64,000 bases of DNA, from assembly GCA_964016885.1 (NCBI GenBank), contig OZ024745.1:85746001-85810000 (forward strand), in the 5' to 3' direction. Shown one piece after another: positions 26,941 through 42,600 of the stretch. This stretch comes from Eledone cirrhosa (lineage: Eukaryota). The notes below the pieces were generated by a model, which was not told the origin of the DNA, ran no database searches, and was given only the letters and a program-made list of their open reading frames with translations. A program made the position numbers and the translations under genes. Within the stretch, counting starts at the first letter, position 1; the number at the start of each line of letters is the position of its first letter.

Positions 26941-27277
26941 TATTTCCTCCATACACACGTGTGTGCGTGCATGCGCGCATACGCGCAGGGTATGTTCTGT
27001 TGAAAGTGTCTCGTGAATTTATGGCTACAGTTGTATAGATTATACTTAGAAATTGTCTACAGAATTCCCTAAACCTTCGTCAATTTACTAGAACCTTTAA
27101 GAATTTAGCCTTTAAGGAATCTCCCCTTCCTCCAAAACTATCTACCATGACTGACCCCATACTGATCTTACAGACACCTGTAAGCTAAAGAGAAAGCTAA
27201 TGATAAGGATTGGCTCCAATCTGAATACAGAAATCTGTCTGCCTTTGTTCCTCTAAGAACAAACATATACAAACATT

Positions 27278-27348
<71 letters not shown>

Positions 27349-27356
27349 ACACACAC

Positions 27357-27413
<57 letters not shown>

Positions 27414-27436
27414 TATCTACACACACACACGCATAC

Positions 27437-27467
<31 letters not shown>

Positions 27468-27612
27468 TACACACACACACATGCATATATACACACACAT
27501 ACACACACACACACACATATACACACGCATATATATACACATATATATATATATACACATATATGCGCGTGTGTACACGCATACACATACATACACATAG
27601 CCATACCCACAC

Positions 27613-27652
<40 letters not shown>

Positions 27653-27868
27653 ATACATACATTCACACAATCAAGCATATATACACACGTACATGCATAC
27701 ACATACATAAATGCACTCCTCTACATATTCACACACGCAAATAAATAAGAAAAAATATATATATATATATTATAAAAATATATATGCGCGCATGCACGCA
27801 CACACATGTGTATGGGGGAAATATATTTATATTTGTATACGCGTGCGTGCGTGCGCGCATACACATGC

Positions 27869-27956
<88 letters not shown>

Positions 27957-28239
27957 CTTTGTATACATACACAGATTCTCATCTGTATTATAACCTTCAT
28001 GCTCTGCGGTGTACTGAGTGCCTTGCTTACTGTGGCTGCCTCCGATTCAACCCGGAATAAAGTGTGTGTGTATGCGCGTGTGTGTATGTGTGTGTGTGGG
28101 GGGTTCGTGTATGTGTGGTTGTATGGGTAGTCTTATTTTATTTTTATTTTTCCTTTCCTTCTTCCTTCTCCAGCCTCACTTTCATATAGCTTGCTTTTTT
28201 TGTTTTTAAGATCCAAATTCAATAAACAAACCAGGATTT

Positions 28240-28299
28240 TTTCATTCTGAGGATTGAAAGCAAAACCTTTTGCTTTTAAGAAACCAGTGGTAAATGGAA
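28240..28299 (+). ncRNA. Type I hammerhead ribozyme (family E) within an E terminus at 28130-28330
   Basis: tttcatt-CTGAGGA-ttgaaagcaaaa..ttttgcttttaa-GAAA-ccagtgg-TA-aatggaa. Confidence 0.85.
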
Positions 28300-28355
28300 T
28301 AATTGCCTTATGTTGTTTATTACATAATAATATATATATATATATATATATATAT

Positions 28356-28393
<38 letters not shown>

Positions 28394-28451
28394 ATATTAT
28401 ATATATATATATTTCATATATATATTATATATATTATATAGATATATATAC

Positions 28452-30643
<2,192 letters not shown>

Positions 30644-30653
30644 GATATATATA

Positions 30654-30734
<81 letters not shown>

Positions 30735-30736
<2 letters not shown>

Positions 30737-30895
30737 AACGATCGACTTTCGTCAAATCGGACCGAGGGAACAATGTTTCCGTTGGTCTTTCCAATTGCTA
30801 ATACTATCTATCGGTCGCAACTCCAGGTAGAAGGAGCAACGTGAAATAAAGTGTCTTGCTCAAGGACATAACGCATCGCCTGGTCCAGGAATCGA
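30735..30895 (-). mobile_element. SINE fragment (second family)
   Basis: aagtgtcttgctcaaggaca..caggaatcga is the reverse complement of a B-box end followed by the tgtccttgagcaagacactt motif common in tRNA-SINEs. Confidence 0.6.
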
Positions 30896-31112
30896 TATAT
30901 ATATATATATATATATATTATAGATATATATATTATATATATATATTATATATATATATATATTATATATATATATTATATATATATATATATTATATAT
31001 ATATTATATATATATATTAATAACAACCCAACCAGGAACTAGGCATATCAGAGTATTGACAAAATCATACACGTTAACAACATATGTACTTGTCTATACC
31101 ACACTAATTCGG

Positions 31113-31167
31113 ACTGCCTGAAGAGGTCACAGCCAAAGATGGCTTTCACTGAAATATATATAGCAGT
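31113..31167 (+). ncRNA. Type I hammerhead ribozyme in a solo pseudo-LTR (31018-31220), related to 39014-39067
   Basis: actgc-CTGAAGA-ggt..agcca..tggct..act-GAAA-tatata-TA-gcagt. Confidence 0.82.
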
Positions 31168-31271
31168 AATAAACGAAGCTAAATTTTAAACATTTGGCTT
31201 TTTATTTAACTTTATTTTATATATTATATATAAATATATTATATATATATATATATTATATATATATATAT

Positions 31272-31323
<52 letters not shown>

Positions 31324-31378
31324 ATATATAATATATATATATATTATATATATATTATATATATATATATATAATATA

Positions 31379-31455
<77 letters not shown>

Positions 31456-31638
31456 ATATATATATTATATATTATATATATATATATTATATTATATATA
31501 TATATATATAATTATATATATATATATATTATATATATATATATTATATATATTATATATATATATTATATATATATATATTATATATATTATATATATA
31601 TATTATATATTTTATATATATTATAAATATATATATTA

Positions 31639-31726
<88 letters not shown>

Positions 31727-31727
<1 letters not shown>

Positions 31728-32100
31728 ATTATGTAATAAACAACATAAGGCAATTATTCCATTTACCAGTGGTTTCTTAAAAGCAAAAGGTTTTGCTTTC
31801 AATCCTCAGAATGAAAAATCCTGGTTTGTTTATTGAATATGGATTCTAAAAACAAAAATGCAATCTATATGAAAGTGAGTCTGGAAAAGGGAGAAGGAAA
31901 GGAAAAATAAAATAAAACTACACATGCAAACACACACAAAAAAACACAAAAGCATACTTACACACACACACATATATACACATATAATTGCACGCATACA
32001 CATATACATATACACATATATATATATATATATATATAAAGAGCGTACACCTACATACACATACACATATATACACACATATACACATACATATATTCAT

Positions 32101-32157
<57 letters not shown>

Positions 32158-32686
32158 CACACACACACACACATACACACACACATATATATACACATGT
32201 ACATATCCATACATATATACATATACATATATATATATATATATATATACATATATACATATATACACACATATACATACACACACACACACACACACAC
32301 ATGTGTGTGTACAAGCCTACACATACACACACACATATATATACACATACATATACATACATTCACACAAACATACAACGTACATACATACACATACATG
32401 AATGCACTCCACTACATATTAACTCACGCAAATAAATATAAGAAAAAAATATATAAATAATATTAACAAATTTTTGACAGCGATACATGCCCCAGCTAAA
32501 AGGACAGACACGCGTGGTAAGTAATACACACATAAGCACATATACATACGTTCGAAATAGTAAACACATACACACACTCTCACACATAAATATACATATA
32601 CAAATACATAAACACGTACATACACATACATACACAAACACGTACACGTATACAATATAAACACACACATGTATATGTAATTATAT

Positions 32687-32736
<50 letters not shown>

Positions 32737-32872
32737 TTACAAAAATATAAAAATATAAACGCACACACACATATAAATACGCAAACACACATATACATAC
32801 ATAGCTAAACAATTATACACATGCAAATACGTATATATCAAAAGCACGCACAACCAAATACAAACACACACA

Positions 32873-32921
<49 letters not shown>

Positions 32922-33512
32922 CCACACATACATAAAAATAAATAAATACACACGCACACATATACATACATACACATACATATACACATATACATATATA
33001 CATATACATATATATATATACACACATATATATATAAAAATATATATATATATACACACACACACGTACACATACACATACACACACACATATACATGTG
33101 TGTATGTGTAAAGCTCAGTATTAGATAAGACAAATGAACCTTACATAAACGTATATATAGTAGTAAAGTAATAAAGCCATACAAGGCAATTAATCCATTC
33201 ACCAGAGGTTTCTTAAAAGCAAGTTTTTTTTTTGTGTGTGTTTGCATGTGTAGTTTTATTTTATTTTTCCTTTCCTTCTCCCTTTTCCAGCCTCACTTTC
33301 ATATAGATTGCATTTTTGTTTTTAGAATCCATATTCAATAAACAAACCAGGATTTTTCATTCTGAGGATTGAAAGCAAAACCTTTTGCTTTTAAGAAACC
33401 ACTGGTAAATGGAATAATTGCCTTATGTTGTTTATTACATAATAATAATAATTAAGCTCTGTTGCATACATAGAGCACTCTTTTTTCCTGGACTTTTCCG
33501 ATGGAATTACTT

Positions 33513-33515
<3 letters not shown>
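31727..33515. mobile_element. Family E non-autonomous element: minus-strand monomer from HHR remnant to HHR (31727-33225) plus inverted terminal copy (33225-33515)
   Basis: HHR at 31757-31816 (-), partial HHR at 33195-33222 (-), HHR at 33355-33414 (+); interior is mostly CA/TA repeats with conserved islands. Confidence 0.75.
31757..31816 (-). ncRNA. Type I hammerhead ribozyme (family E); mirror copy at 33355-33414 (+)
   Basis: tttcatt-CTGAGGA..GAAA-ccactgg-TA-aatggaa. Confidence 0.85.
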
Positions 33516-33573
<58 letters not shown>

Positions 33574-33723
33574 AGATTTGAATGGATACAGTTTAGTTGA
33601 AAGGAATTTATTGACACGTGTTTCTATAACAGTTACATAACCTAAAACAGCTATCTACAAACTTTTAGTTATGCAGACATTCAATATTTCAATGTTATTG
33701 TTTACTGTCATTTCATCATAACA

Positions 33724-35088
33724 ATGGGCTCTAACGATTCGGCGGAAATAACTGATATTGTGGGGTTATTTATCGCCTTTAGACTCCAGGAAAAATTCAG
33801 CAATCTCCACGGCGGAATATACCGCGACGATGTTCTCCTCCTAGCTAAAAACCTTAATAACCAAAAACTAGAAAAACTACGCAAAGATATAAGAAAACTA
33901 CTACTCGAAATAGGACTAACTATAACATATGAATACAACCTTAAAGTAGTTAATTTCCTGGATGTCACACTCAATTTAAACTCTGGTTTGATTAAACCGT
34001 TTCATAAATTGAATGAAAATCTCAAATACGTAAATGTTGGGTCTAACCACCCCATCTCTATAATTAAATCTATCCCTAAAAATATTTCCCTTAGAATCTC
34101 GGGTCTATCTTCGAACATACAAGTATTTAAGGAACACGCCGAGTACTACGATAACGCCCTTAGTAAAGCAGGCTACCTCAACAAAATAGAGTACATAGAT
34201 GGGAACAATCAAAACACCCAAAATAAATCCCACATAGGTAGATATAATAACACAACACCAAACCACACTTACTACCATAGTATGCACACCAGTAAACCAA
34301 CAAACAAAACTAATAGAAAGCGATGCAAAGAGTACTTATGGTATAACCCCGAATACAATAGCTCCATTAGTACAAATTTACCAGTACTCTTCTTTAAAAT
34401 AATTAAAAGACATTTTCCCACATCACACAAATACCACAAAATCCTAAACCCTACCACTATAAGACTGTCATACTCTACAGCGTTAAACCTTGAACAACAC
34501 ATAAAAAAGATCAATACTAGAAGGTTAAACGAAAACACTAAGAACTTAAGTACAAAGAACCCCAAAAAAACAGTAGACAATACACTACAGAACATAAATA
34601 AACCACACCTAAGTTCGTCCGCAATACTACTCCAGAGAAAACCCAACGTACACAACTGTAACTGCACCTATCCTGACAACTGCCCCCTCGGCAATAACTG
34701 CCTGGAAAAAAATATTATTTATAAGTGTACCATTAAATCCGGAGGCAACGAGTGGTATTACGTGGGATCAACGGCAACATCGTTTAAATCTCGATTGTAT
34801 AGGCATTCTTACTCAATAAAACACCAGAGCCAAAGAAATGTAACAACTTTAGCAGAGAAAGCTTGGACGCTCAGGGATAGCAATCAAAAGTTTACCCTAA
34901 AATGGGAAAAATTAGCTAAAACCCAAAGCTTTTCCAGGAGCCAAAATTTCTGCAAATTGTGTAATCTTGAGATTTATTACATAATCACACACAAGAAGAA
35001 ACTGCTGAATAACAGAATTGAAAGAACATTATTCTGCCGTCACAGAACTAAAACCCTTTTTTCCCACTACAAGCCGAATATTACATAA
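33724..35088 (+). CDS. PLE RT C-terminal half plus GIY-YIG endonuclease (uninterrupted but 5'-truncated)
   Basis: MGSNDSAEITDIVG, GIYRDD, FLDVTLNL, WYNPEY, CNCx5Cx5C, IIYKC..YVGSTATSFKSR, CKLC. Confidence 0.9.
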   Translation: MGSNDSAEITDIVGLFIAFRLQEKFSNLHGGIYRDDVLLLAKNLNNQKLEKLRKDIRKLLLEIGLTITYEYNLKVVNFLDVTLNLNSGLIKPFHKLNENLKYVNVGSNHPISIIKSIPKNISLRISGLSSNIQVFKEHAEYYDNALSKAGYLNKIEYIDGNNQNTQNKSHIGRYNNTTPNHTYYHSMHTSKPTNKTNRKRCKEYLWYNPEYNSSISTNLPVLFFKIIKRHFPTSHKYHKILNPTTIRLSYSTALNLEQHIKKINTRRLNENTKNLSTKNPKKTVDNTLQNINKPHLSSSAILLQRKPNVHNCNCTYPDNCPLGNNCLEKNIIYKCTIKSGGNEWYYVGSTATSFKSRLYRHSYSIKHQSQRNVTTLAEKAWTLRDSNQKFTLKWEKLAKTQSFSRSQNFCKLCNLEIYYIITHKKKLLNNRIERTLFCRHRTKTLFSHYKPNIT

Positions 35089-35200
35089 AAGAGGGACATC
35101 CCCCAACTATATAAACCTTAATCTAGTTAGAAAAATATAAAAACAATCTCTTTTCAACATATATTAATAACCTTAAATTACCATACTAATAATGAAAAGA

Positions 35201-35258
35201 TATGCTGATGAGAATAGGTACAAATATGCGATAATGAATGTGTCTAAAAACGTCCATA
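35201..35258 (+). ncRNA. Degenerate hammerhead motif (GAAA changed to AAAA)
   Basis: tatg-CTGATGA-..taggtaca..tgtgtcta-AAAAC-GTC-cata. Confidence 0.5.
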
Positions 35259-35357
35259 AGTATGTATATATATGTGAAAATGTATATAAATAAGTAAATA
35301 TATATATATGTTTGATGTGTATAGTTAGATGTAAGTGTATTCATGTATTAAAGTGCT

Positions 35358-35390
<33 letters not shown>

Positions 35391-36030
35391 ATATGTGTGT
35401 ATATATGTATGTGTATATATATATATATATGTATATATATGTATATGTATATATGTATGTATATATGTGTATGTATGTATGTGTATATGGATGTGTATGT
35501 ATGTGTATGTGTGTACACATGGACTAGAGTATGTATGTATATATGTGTGTGTCTATACGTGTGTATATATAAAGATAAGTTGAGTATGAAAATGTATACA
35601 CATGAGCGCGTATGTATGTACATGAATACAAGTGTGTATATATATGTGTATGCATGTGTATATATATGTAAGTATGAATATGTGAATTGTGAGTATATGT
35701 ATTTTGTAGAGGTGTGCAAATATATTTGTGTGTGAATGCGTGGGTGAAAGAATACGTACACTTGAAAGAAAAATTTAAGTCTGAATGTTAAGTGCAAACA
35801 CAAAACCAACCACGCATATCTTTACTATCTCTAATCCTTCTATAGATTTAGAAAAATAACCAATAATATATTCTATAAAAAATGTCAAAACAACAGATGG
35901 GAATCTAATTAATCACTGCCACCAAGAATTCTCACTGCTATCGAAAAACCACTCCTTCAACTATTCTTCTAACAACTTCACCCCTTCCTCCTAATATTCT
36001 CTATAAAAACTAAATAGGTCCTCAGTAATA

Positions 36031-36150
36031 TTATTCTGATGAAATGACAGTAAACAATAACATTGAAATATTGAATGTCTGCATAACTAAAAGTTTGTAG
36101 ATAGCAGCTGTTTTAGGTTATGTAACTGTTATAGAAACACGTGTCAATAA
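36031..36150 (+). ncRNA. Type I hammerhead with about 90-nt extended stem II
   Basis: ttatt-CTGATGA-a-atgacagt...actgttat-a-GAAAC-acgt-GTC-aataa. Confidence 0.72.
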
Positions 36151-36297
36151 ATTCCTTTCAACTAAACTGTATCCATTCAAATCTTTCTATTTTTCTCCGG
36201 ATTACTTTTGGAACTACAACTGGAACCGTCGAGCAAACTCTACGTGAGCTGATAATCTACTGTGTGTAATATTTATATTACAACACAACGGAAAAAA

Positions 36298-36508
<211 letters not shown>

Positions 36509-36514
36509 CATATA

Positions 36515-39115
36515 TTCACGAGAGAAATATCCAACCTGGGCGGCGGGCTGTACCGAGACGACGCACTCTTCACCGTAGTGGACCACAGCACCACAATGTT
36601 CGAAAATATGAAGAGGAGAATTAGGCACTTCTTTAGCAAGGTAGGGCTTAAGGTAGAGATGGAACCCAAGAGAAAATTAGTGTCCCACAGCGATAGGATT
36701 AGCTATAACCCTAAGGGACATGATCGAGATAACCCAAGGGTACCCCGGACCAATACTCTCAGAGGCATGAGTCGCCCACCTAATACCTCGGCGACCGGTA
36801 GTTACACTCCCAGACCCCTATCCGTAACCACACCCGGTAGAATGTCCCGCTTACGCCACCGGTCTAATACCTACAACGCTGAAGACCACTGTGCTGCGGA
36901 GCATAGGCACCCCTGCACCGGCCCCACCACCCGCCGAATCCTAACTGATCAGGGAGGCCGCACCTCACAGGTTTATAGCACCACGGTGGGCCTATATAAC
37001 CCTCATGATAGTGACCGCTCCGCACACCCAAGTGACACCAACCGAGCTCGACCTGAGCTGTGCACAACCACGCGATGGCCCACGGCGAGCACCCTACAAC
37101 CCCGCAAGAATAGGACCAGGAAGGTCACATGGTATAACCCTCCGTACTCGGTGGGTCTACGTACCAGCCTGGCTAGAACATTCTTTAGAGTACTAGATAT
37201 ATGTTTCCCTAGAGCCCATAAGTACCATAAAATATTCAACAGGCACACGGTGAAACTTTCCTACTCAACCACACGCTCCGTAGCCCAGCACATAGCTGGC
37301 ATAAATAGAAATAGGCTCACTGCCTCTAAGACCACCGTAAATCCCGGAGCTACCAAACAGAACCAGCACGCGGGACGCATCGGAACCCGGACAGGCCCAA
37401 CTAGCACACCAGAACTCAACGACCCTGTGCTGATTGCGGAGGCTACCCAGCCAACTCCGAGTGATGCTAACCACGCGGTACATGTGGTGGGGCTTAAGAA
37501 GTCATGTAATTGCAGAGACCCGTCGCTATGCCCCCTTAGTAATGAATGCATGACCAAAAACGTGGTCTATACAGGTGCACGGTCACAACCCCTAACTCGG
37601 AGCACCACTACATAGGATCCACAGCGACGAGCTTCAAAGCTCGGTGGTATAACCATCGCCATTCCTTTAACAGAATAGATAATAGGAAATGTACGACCCT
37701 TTCTGAACTGATCTGGAAGCTCAAACTTCAAAAGACCCCGCACTCTCTGGTCTGGTCCGTGGTTAGAAAGGTTCCCCCAGATAGTGGCGGGTCTGGTATT
37801 TGCAACCTCTGTCTTAGTGAGACACTCGAGATTCTTCATGGCGGAACCAAGCTATTAAACGGCAGGGCCGACTTATTCGGTGCCTGCAGACACCTAAGGA
37901 CGGGAAATTTCCTCAAGCTATATGGATAAACCCCGGTTACGACCTCCCCACCCCGTACCAATAACCAATGGACAACAACAACCACCCATGGTTTGCGGTC
38001 CTTATGATGGATGGTCCACCGGACCCTCGACTGGTTAGGAGTCATCTAAACAATGTTTTATTGAACCTGATTTTATATATATGTCTATATATGTATCATG
38101 TGTATATATATGTGTATTTTATATGTGTATGTATGCGCATTTTTTTATATATGTGTGCGTATCTGTATGTATATATTTTATATATATATGTGTGTATGTG
38201 TGTGTGTATTTTTTTATATATATGTATGTTTTACGTGTGTATATATTGTGTGTGTGTGTATTCTCTGTATATATATATTATTTTATATTTTTGTATGTAT
38301 ATATTTTATGTATGTGTATCTTCTGTGTATATATATATTTTATCTATATATATATATGTATGTGTGTGTATACTTGTGCGTACATGCATGCATGCATATG
38401 TATATATACACACCTGTATGGATTTGTATGTGTACATGTGTGAGTGTTTGAGGGGGTAGGTGTGAGTGTATGTACAAGTGAACCAGCATAAACCCTTTAT
38501 TTCTAAATTTTCTAAACTATCTAAGTATTGGACTCTAACCATTATATTAAGTATTACCACCCCATTTTTGTATGTGTGGAAGTGTGTGTGTGTCTGTGGA
38601 GGTGTGTGTGAGTGTAGTGGAAGCCAACCTACATAAGCCTTTTCATTTGTAAACTTTCTACTCCAACCATAATTTTCAGTATCCCCACTCCACATAAATT
38701 CCACAATTTAAGAATGACCTGTAGTATCTATATCATACTATTTACCGTATTTGAAAATATATCTGACCAAGAATGCCTTTTGTGAAAATCAGTCATGTGG
38801 AACAATTGTCATCTTGCCTGACGGTTTGAAACTTACAGAACCACCTGCCTCTTTGAGGTCAAATACCAACCTACTACCATCTACAAACTGACCAATGAGA
38901 ATCAAGACTATTCCTGCTGACAACATCAAAATATTCCTAACAAGCTCATATGTCCCAAGGCTCTGATACCATCAACACTATACAGAGAGCTGGCATATCT
39001 AAGAACTGACTACCTGCCTGATGAGGTCATAGCCATTCCATGGCTATCATCGAAATATATATAGCAGTAAATAAAGGATTATGAGTTCATGCAATTGACT
39101 TATGTTTCGTCACTA
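36515..39115 (+). mobile_element. 5'-truncated, internally deleted YRDD-type PLE with 3' UTR and HHR
   Basis: GGLYRDDAL near 36540, [47 protein letters not shown] (36578-37929, frameshifted). Confidence 0.85.
39014..39067 (+). ncRNA. Type I hammerhead ribozyme
   Basis: ctgc-CTGATGA-ggtcatagcca..tggctatcatc-GAAA-tatata-TA-gcag. Confidence 0.85.
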
Positions 39116-39515
39116 TATTATATATATCTATATATTATATATATTATATATATATTATATATATATATAACCATATATATATATAACCATTATATATATA
39201 TTATATATATATATTATCTATAAAAACAAATAACGAAACAAAATTAAATTTTGTTTCGTTTGTAACTCACTTTTGTATGACTGACGCTTAAACAATTAAG
39301 TTAAAGATGTACATCCATATATGTATACTGAAATACTAGTATGTATATGAATACACACACGTATACATATGTAGATGTACCAAGTTTTTTCACTGGTCAC
39401 TTTACTGTGAGTGGCCAGCTATTCTGTATGTAAACACACAGACAAACCGGTTTTTAGAGTCATACTGGTTTTTGAGGAAACACCTTTCCTCTATTCTCCA
39501 GAAAGCCAGACAAGG

Positions 39516-39560
39516 AATATTGAACTAGTTTCGTTGTTGTTACAACTCATCAGCAATATT
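39516..39560 (-). ncRNA. Type I hammerhead ribozyme in each 467-bp unit (39516+467n, n=0-9; plus-strand copies at about 44240-44284 and 44707-44751)
   Basis: aatattg-CTGATGA-gttg-taacaa-caac-GAAAC-TA-GTT-caatatt; 7-bp stem I, 4-bp stem II, palindromic AACTAGTT stem III. Confidence 0.88.
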
Positions 39561-39645
39561 TACCTATCTTCCGGCCTCTCTAGAGAATCGTAAAAGCACA
39601 TATCGTTATATGCTTTTTCTATGAAAATTAGTAGTGGGCAGACTA

Positions 39646-39653
39646 ATTTGCAT
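39646..39653 (-). promoter_or_regulatory. Octamer motif ATGCAAAT in every unit, about 86 nt upstream of the HHR; also at 46467-46474
   Basis: Exact octamer conserved at the homologous position in two diverged repeat families; function is inferred. Confidence 0.5.
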
Positions 39654-42600
39654 AGAGTGTGAGTAAGTACCGGTTCAACGGAGACGATAAAAACAAATAA
39701 CGAAACAAAATTAAATTTTGTTTCGTTTGTAACTCACTTTTGTATGACTGACGCTTAAACAATTAAGTTAAAGATGTACATCCATATATGTATACTGAAA
39801 TACTAGTATGTATATGAATACACACACGTATACATATGTAGATGTACCAAGTTTTTTCACTGGTCACTTTACTGTGAGTGGCCAGCTATTCTGTATGTAA
39901 ACACACAGACAAACCGGTTTTTAGAGTCATACTGGTTTTTGAGGAAACACCTTTCCTCTATTCTCCAGAAAGCCAGACAAGGAATATTGAACTAGTTTCG
40001 TTGTTGTTACAACTCATCAGCAATATTTACCTATCTTCCGGCCTCTCTAGAGAATCGTAAAAGCACATATCGTTATATGCTTTTTCTATGAAAATTAGTA
40101 GTGGGCAGACTAATTTGCATAGAGTGTGAGTAAGTACCGGTTCAACGGAGACGATAAAAACAAATAACGAAACAAAATTAAATTTTGTTTCGTTTGTAAC
40201 TCACTTTTGTATGACTGACGCTTAAACAATTAAGTTAAAGATGTACATCCATATATGTATACTGAAATACTAGTATGTATATGAATACACACACGTATAC
40301 ATATGTAGATGTACCAAGTTTTTTCACTGGTCACTTTACTGTGAGTGGCCAGCTATTCTGTATGTAAACACACAGACAAACCGGTTTTTAGAGTCATACT
40401 GGTTTTTGAGGAAACACCTTTCCTCTATTCTCCAGAAAGCCAGACAAGGAATATTGAACTAGTTTCGTTGTTGTTACAACTCATCAGCAATATTTACCTA
40501 TCTTCCGGCCTCTCTAGAGAATCGTAAAAGCACATATCGTTATATGCTTTTTCTATGAAAATTAGTAGTGGGCAGACTAATTTGCATAGAGTGTGAGTAA
40601 GTACCGGTTCAACGGAGACGATAAAAACAAATAACGAAACAAAATTAAATTTTGTTTCGTTTGTAACTCACTTTTGTATGACTGACGCTTAAACAATTAA
40701 GTTAAAGATGTACATCCATATATGTATACTGAAATACTAGTATGTATATGAATACACACACGTATACATATGTAGATGTACCAAGTTTTTTCACTGGTCA
40801 CTTTACTGTGAGTGGCCAGCTATTCTGTATGTAAACACACAGACAAACCGGTTTTTAGAGTCATACTGGTTTTTGAGGAAACACCTTTCCTCTATTCTCC
40901 AGAAAGCCAGACAAGGAATATTGAACTAGTTTCGTTGTTGTTACAACTCATCAGCAATATTTACCTATCTTCCGGCCTCTCTAGAGAATCGTAAAAGCAC
41001 ATATCGTTATATGCTTTTTCTATGAAAATTAGTAGTGGGCAGACTAATTTGCATAGAGTGTGAGTAAGTACCGGTTCAACGGAGACGATAAAAACAAATA
41101 ACGAAACAAAATTAAATTTTGTTTCGTTTGTAACTCACTTTTGTATGACTGACGCTTAAACAATTAAGTTAAAGATGTACATCCATATATGTATACTGAA
41201 ATACTAGTATGTATATGAATACACACACGTATACATATGTAGATGTACCAAGTTTTTTCACTGGTCACTTTACTGTGAGTGGCCAGCTATTCTGTATGTA
41301 AACACACAGACAAACCGGTTTTTAGAGTCATACTGGTTTTTGAGGAAACACCTTTCCTCTATTCTCCAGAAAGCCAGACAAGGAATATTGAACTAGTTTC
41401 GTTGTTGTTACAACTCATCAGCAATATTTACCTATCTTCCGGCCTCTCTAGAGAATCGTAAAAGCACATATCGTTATATGCTTTTTCTATGAAAATTAGT
41501 AGTGGGCAGACTAATTTGCATAGAGTGTGAGTAAGTACCGGTTCAACGGAGACGATAAAAACAAATAACGAAACAAAATTAAATTTTGTTTCGTTTGTAA
41601 CTCACTTTTGTATGACTGACGCTTAAACAATTAAGTTAAAGATGTACATCCATATATGTATACTGAAATACTAGTATGTATATGAATACACACACGTATA
41701 CATATGTAGATGTACCAAGTTTTTTCACTGGTCACTTTACTGTGAGTGGCCAGCTATTCTGTATGTAAACACACAGACAAACCGGTTTTTAGAGTCATAC
41801 TGGTTTTTGAGGAAACACCTTTCCTCTATTCTCCAGAAAGCCAGACAAGGAATATTGAACTAGTTTCGTTGTTGTTACAACTCATCAGCAATATTTACCT
41901 ATCTTCCGGCCTCTCTAGAGAATCGTAAAAGCACATATCGTTATATGCTTTTTCTATGAAAATTAGTAGTGGGCAGACTAATTTGCATAGAGTGTGAGTA
42001 AGTACCGGTTCAACGGAGACGATAAAAACAAATAACGAAACAAAATTAAATTTTGTTTCGTTTGTAACTCACTTTTGTATGACTGACGCTTAAACAATTA
42101 AGTTAAAGATGTACATCCATATATGTATACTGAAATACTAGTATGTATATGAATACACACACGTATACATATGTAGATGTACCAAGTTTTTTCACTGGTC
42201 ACTTTACTGTGAGTGGCCAGCTATTCTGTATGTAAACACACAGACAAACCGGTTTTTAGAGTCATACTGGTTTTTGAGGAAACACCTTTCCTCTATTCTC
42301 CAGAAAGCCAGACAAGGAATATTGAACTAGTTTCGTTGTTGTTACAACTCATCAGCAATATTTACCTATCTTCCGGCCTCTCTAGAGAATCGTAAAAGCA
42401 CATATCGTTATATGCTTTTTCTATGAAAATTAGTAGTGGGCAGACTAATTTGCATAGAGTGTGAGTAAGTACCGGTTCAACGGAGACGATAAAAACAAAT
42501 AACGAAACAAAATTAAATTTTGTTTCGTTTGTAACTCACTTTTGTATGACTGACGCTTAAACAATTAAGTTAAAGATGTACATCCATATATGTATACTGA

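Larger units (their letters stand above)
33570..36290 (+). mobile_element. 5'-truncated YRDD-type PLE (probably Hydra clade) with inverted 5' pseudo-LTR
   Basis: 33570-33718 is the reverse complement of 36037-36188; 454-aa ORF; HHR motifs in the 3' UTR. Confidence 0.88.

Noticed and set aside
39411-39593. Repeated 60-aa ORF (MASYSVCKH...) as a tandem gene family
   Set aside because: GTG start, antisense to the HHR, no recognisable domain, not conserved in the 422-bp sister family
39222-39688. Tandem snRNA, 5S or SL RNA gene cluster suggested by the octamer
   Set aside because: No similarity to U1, U2, U4, U5, U6 or 5S recognisable by eye; the HHR explains the unit better. An Rfam scan would settle this
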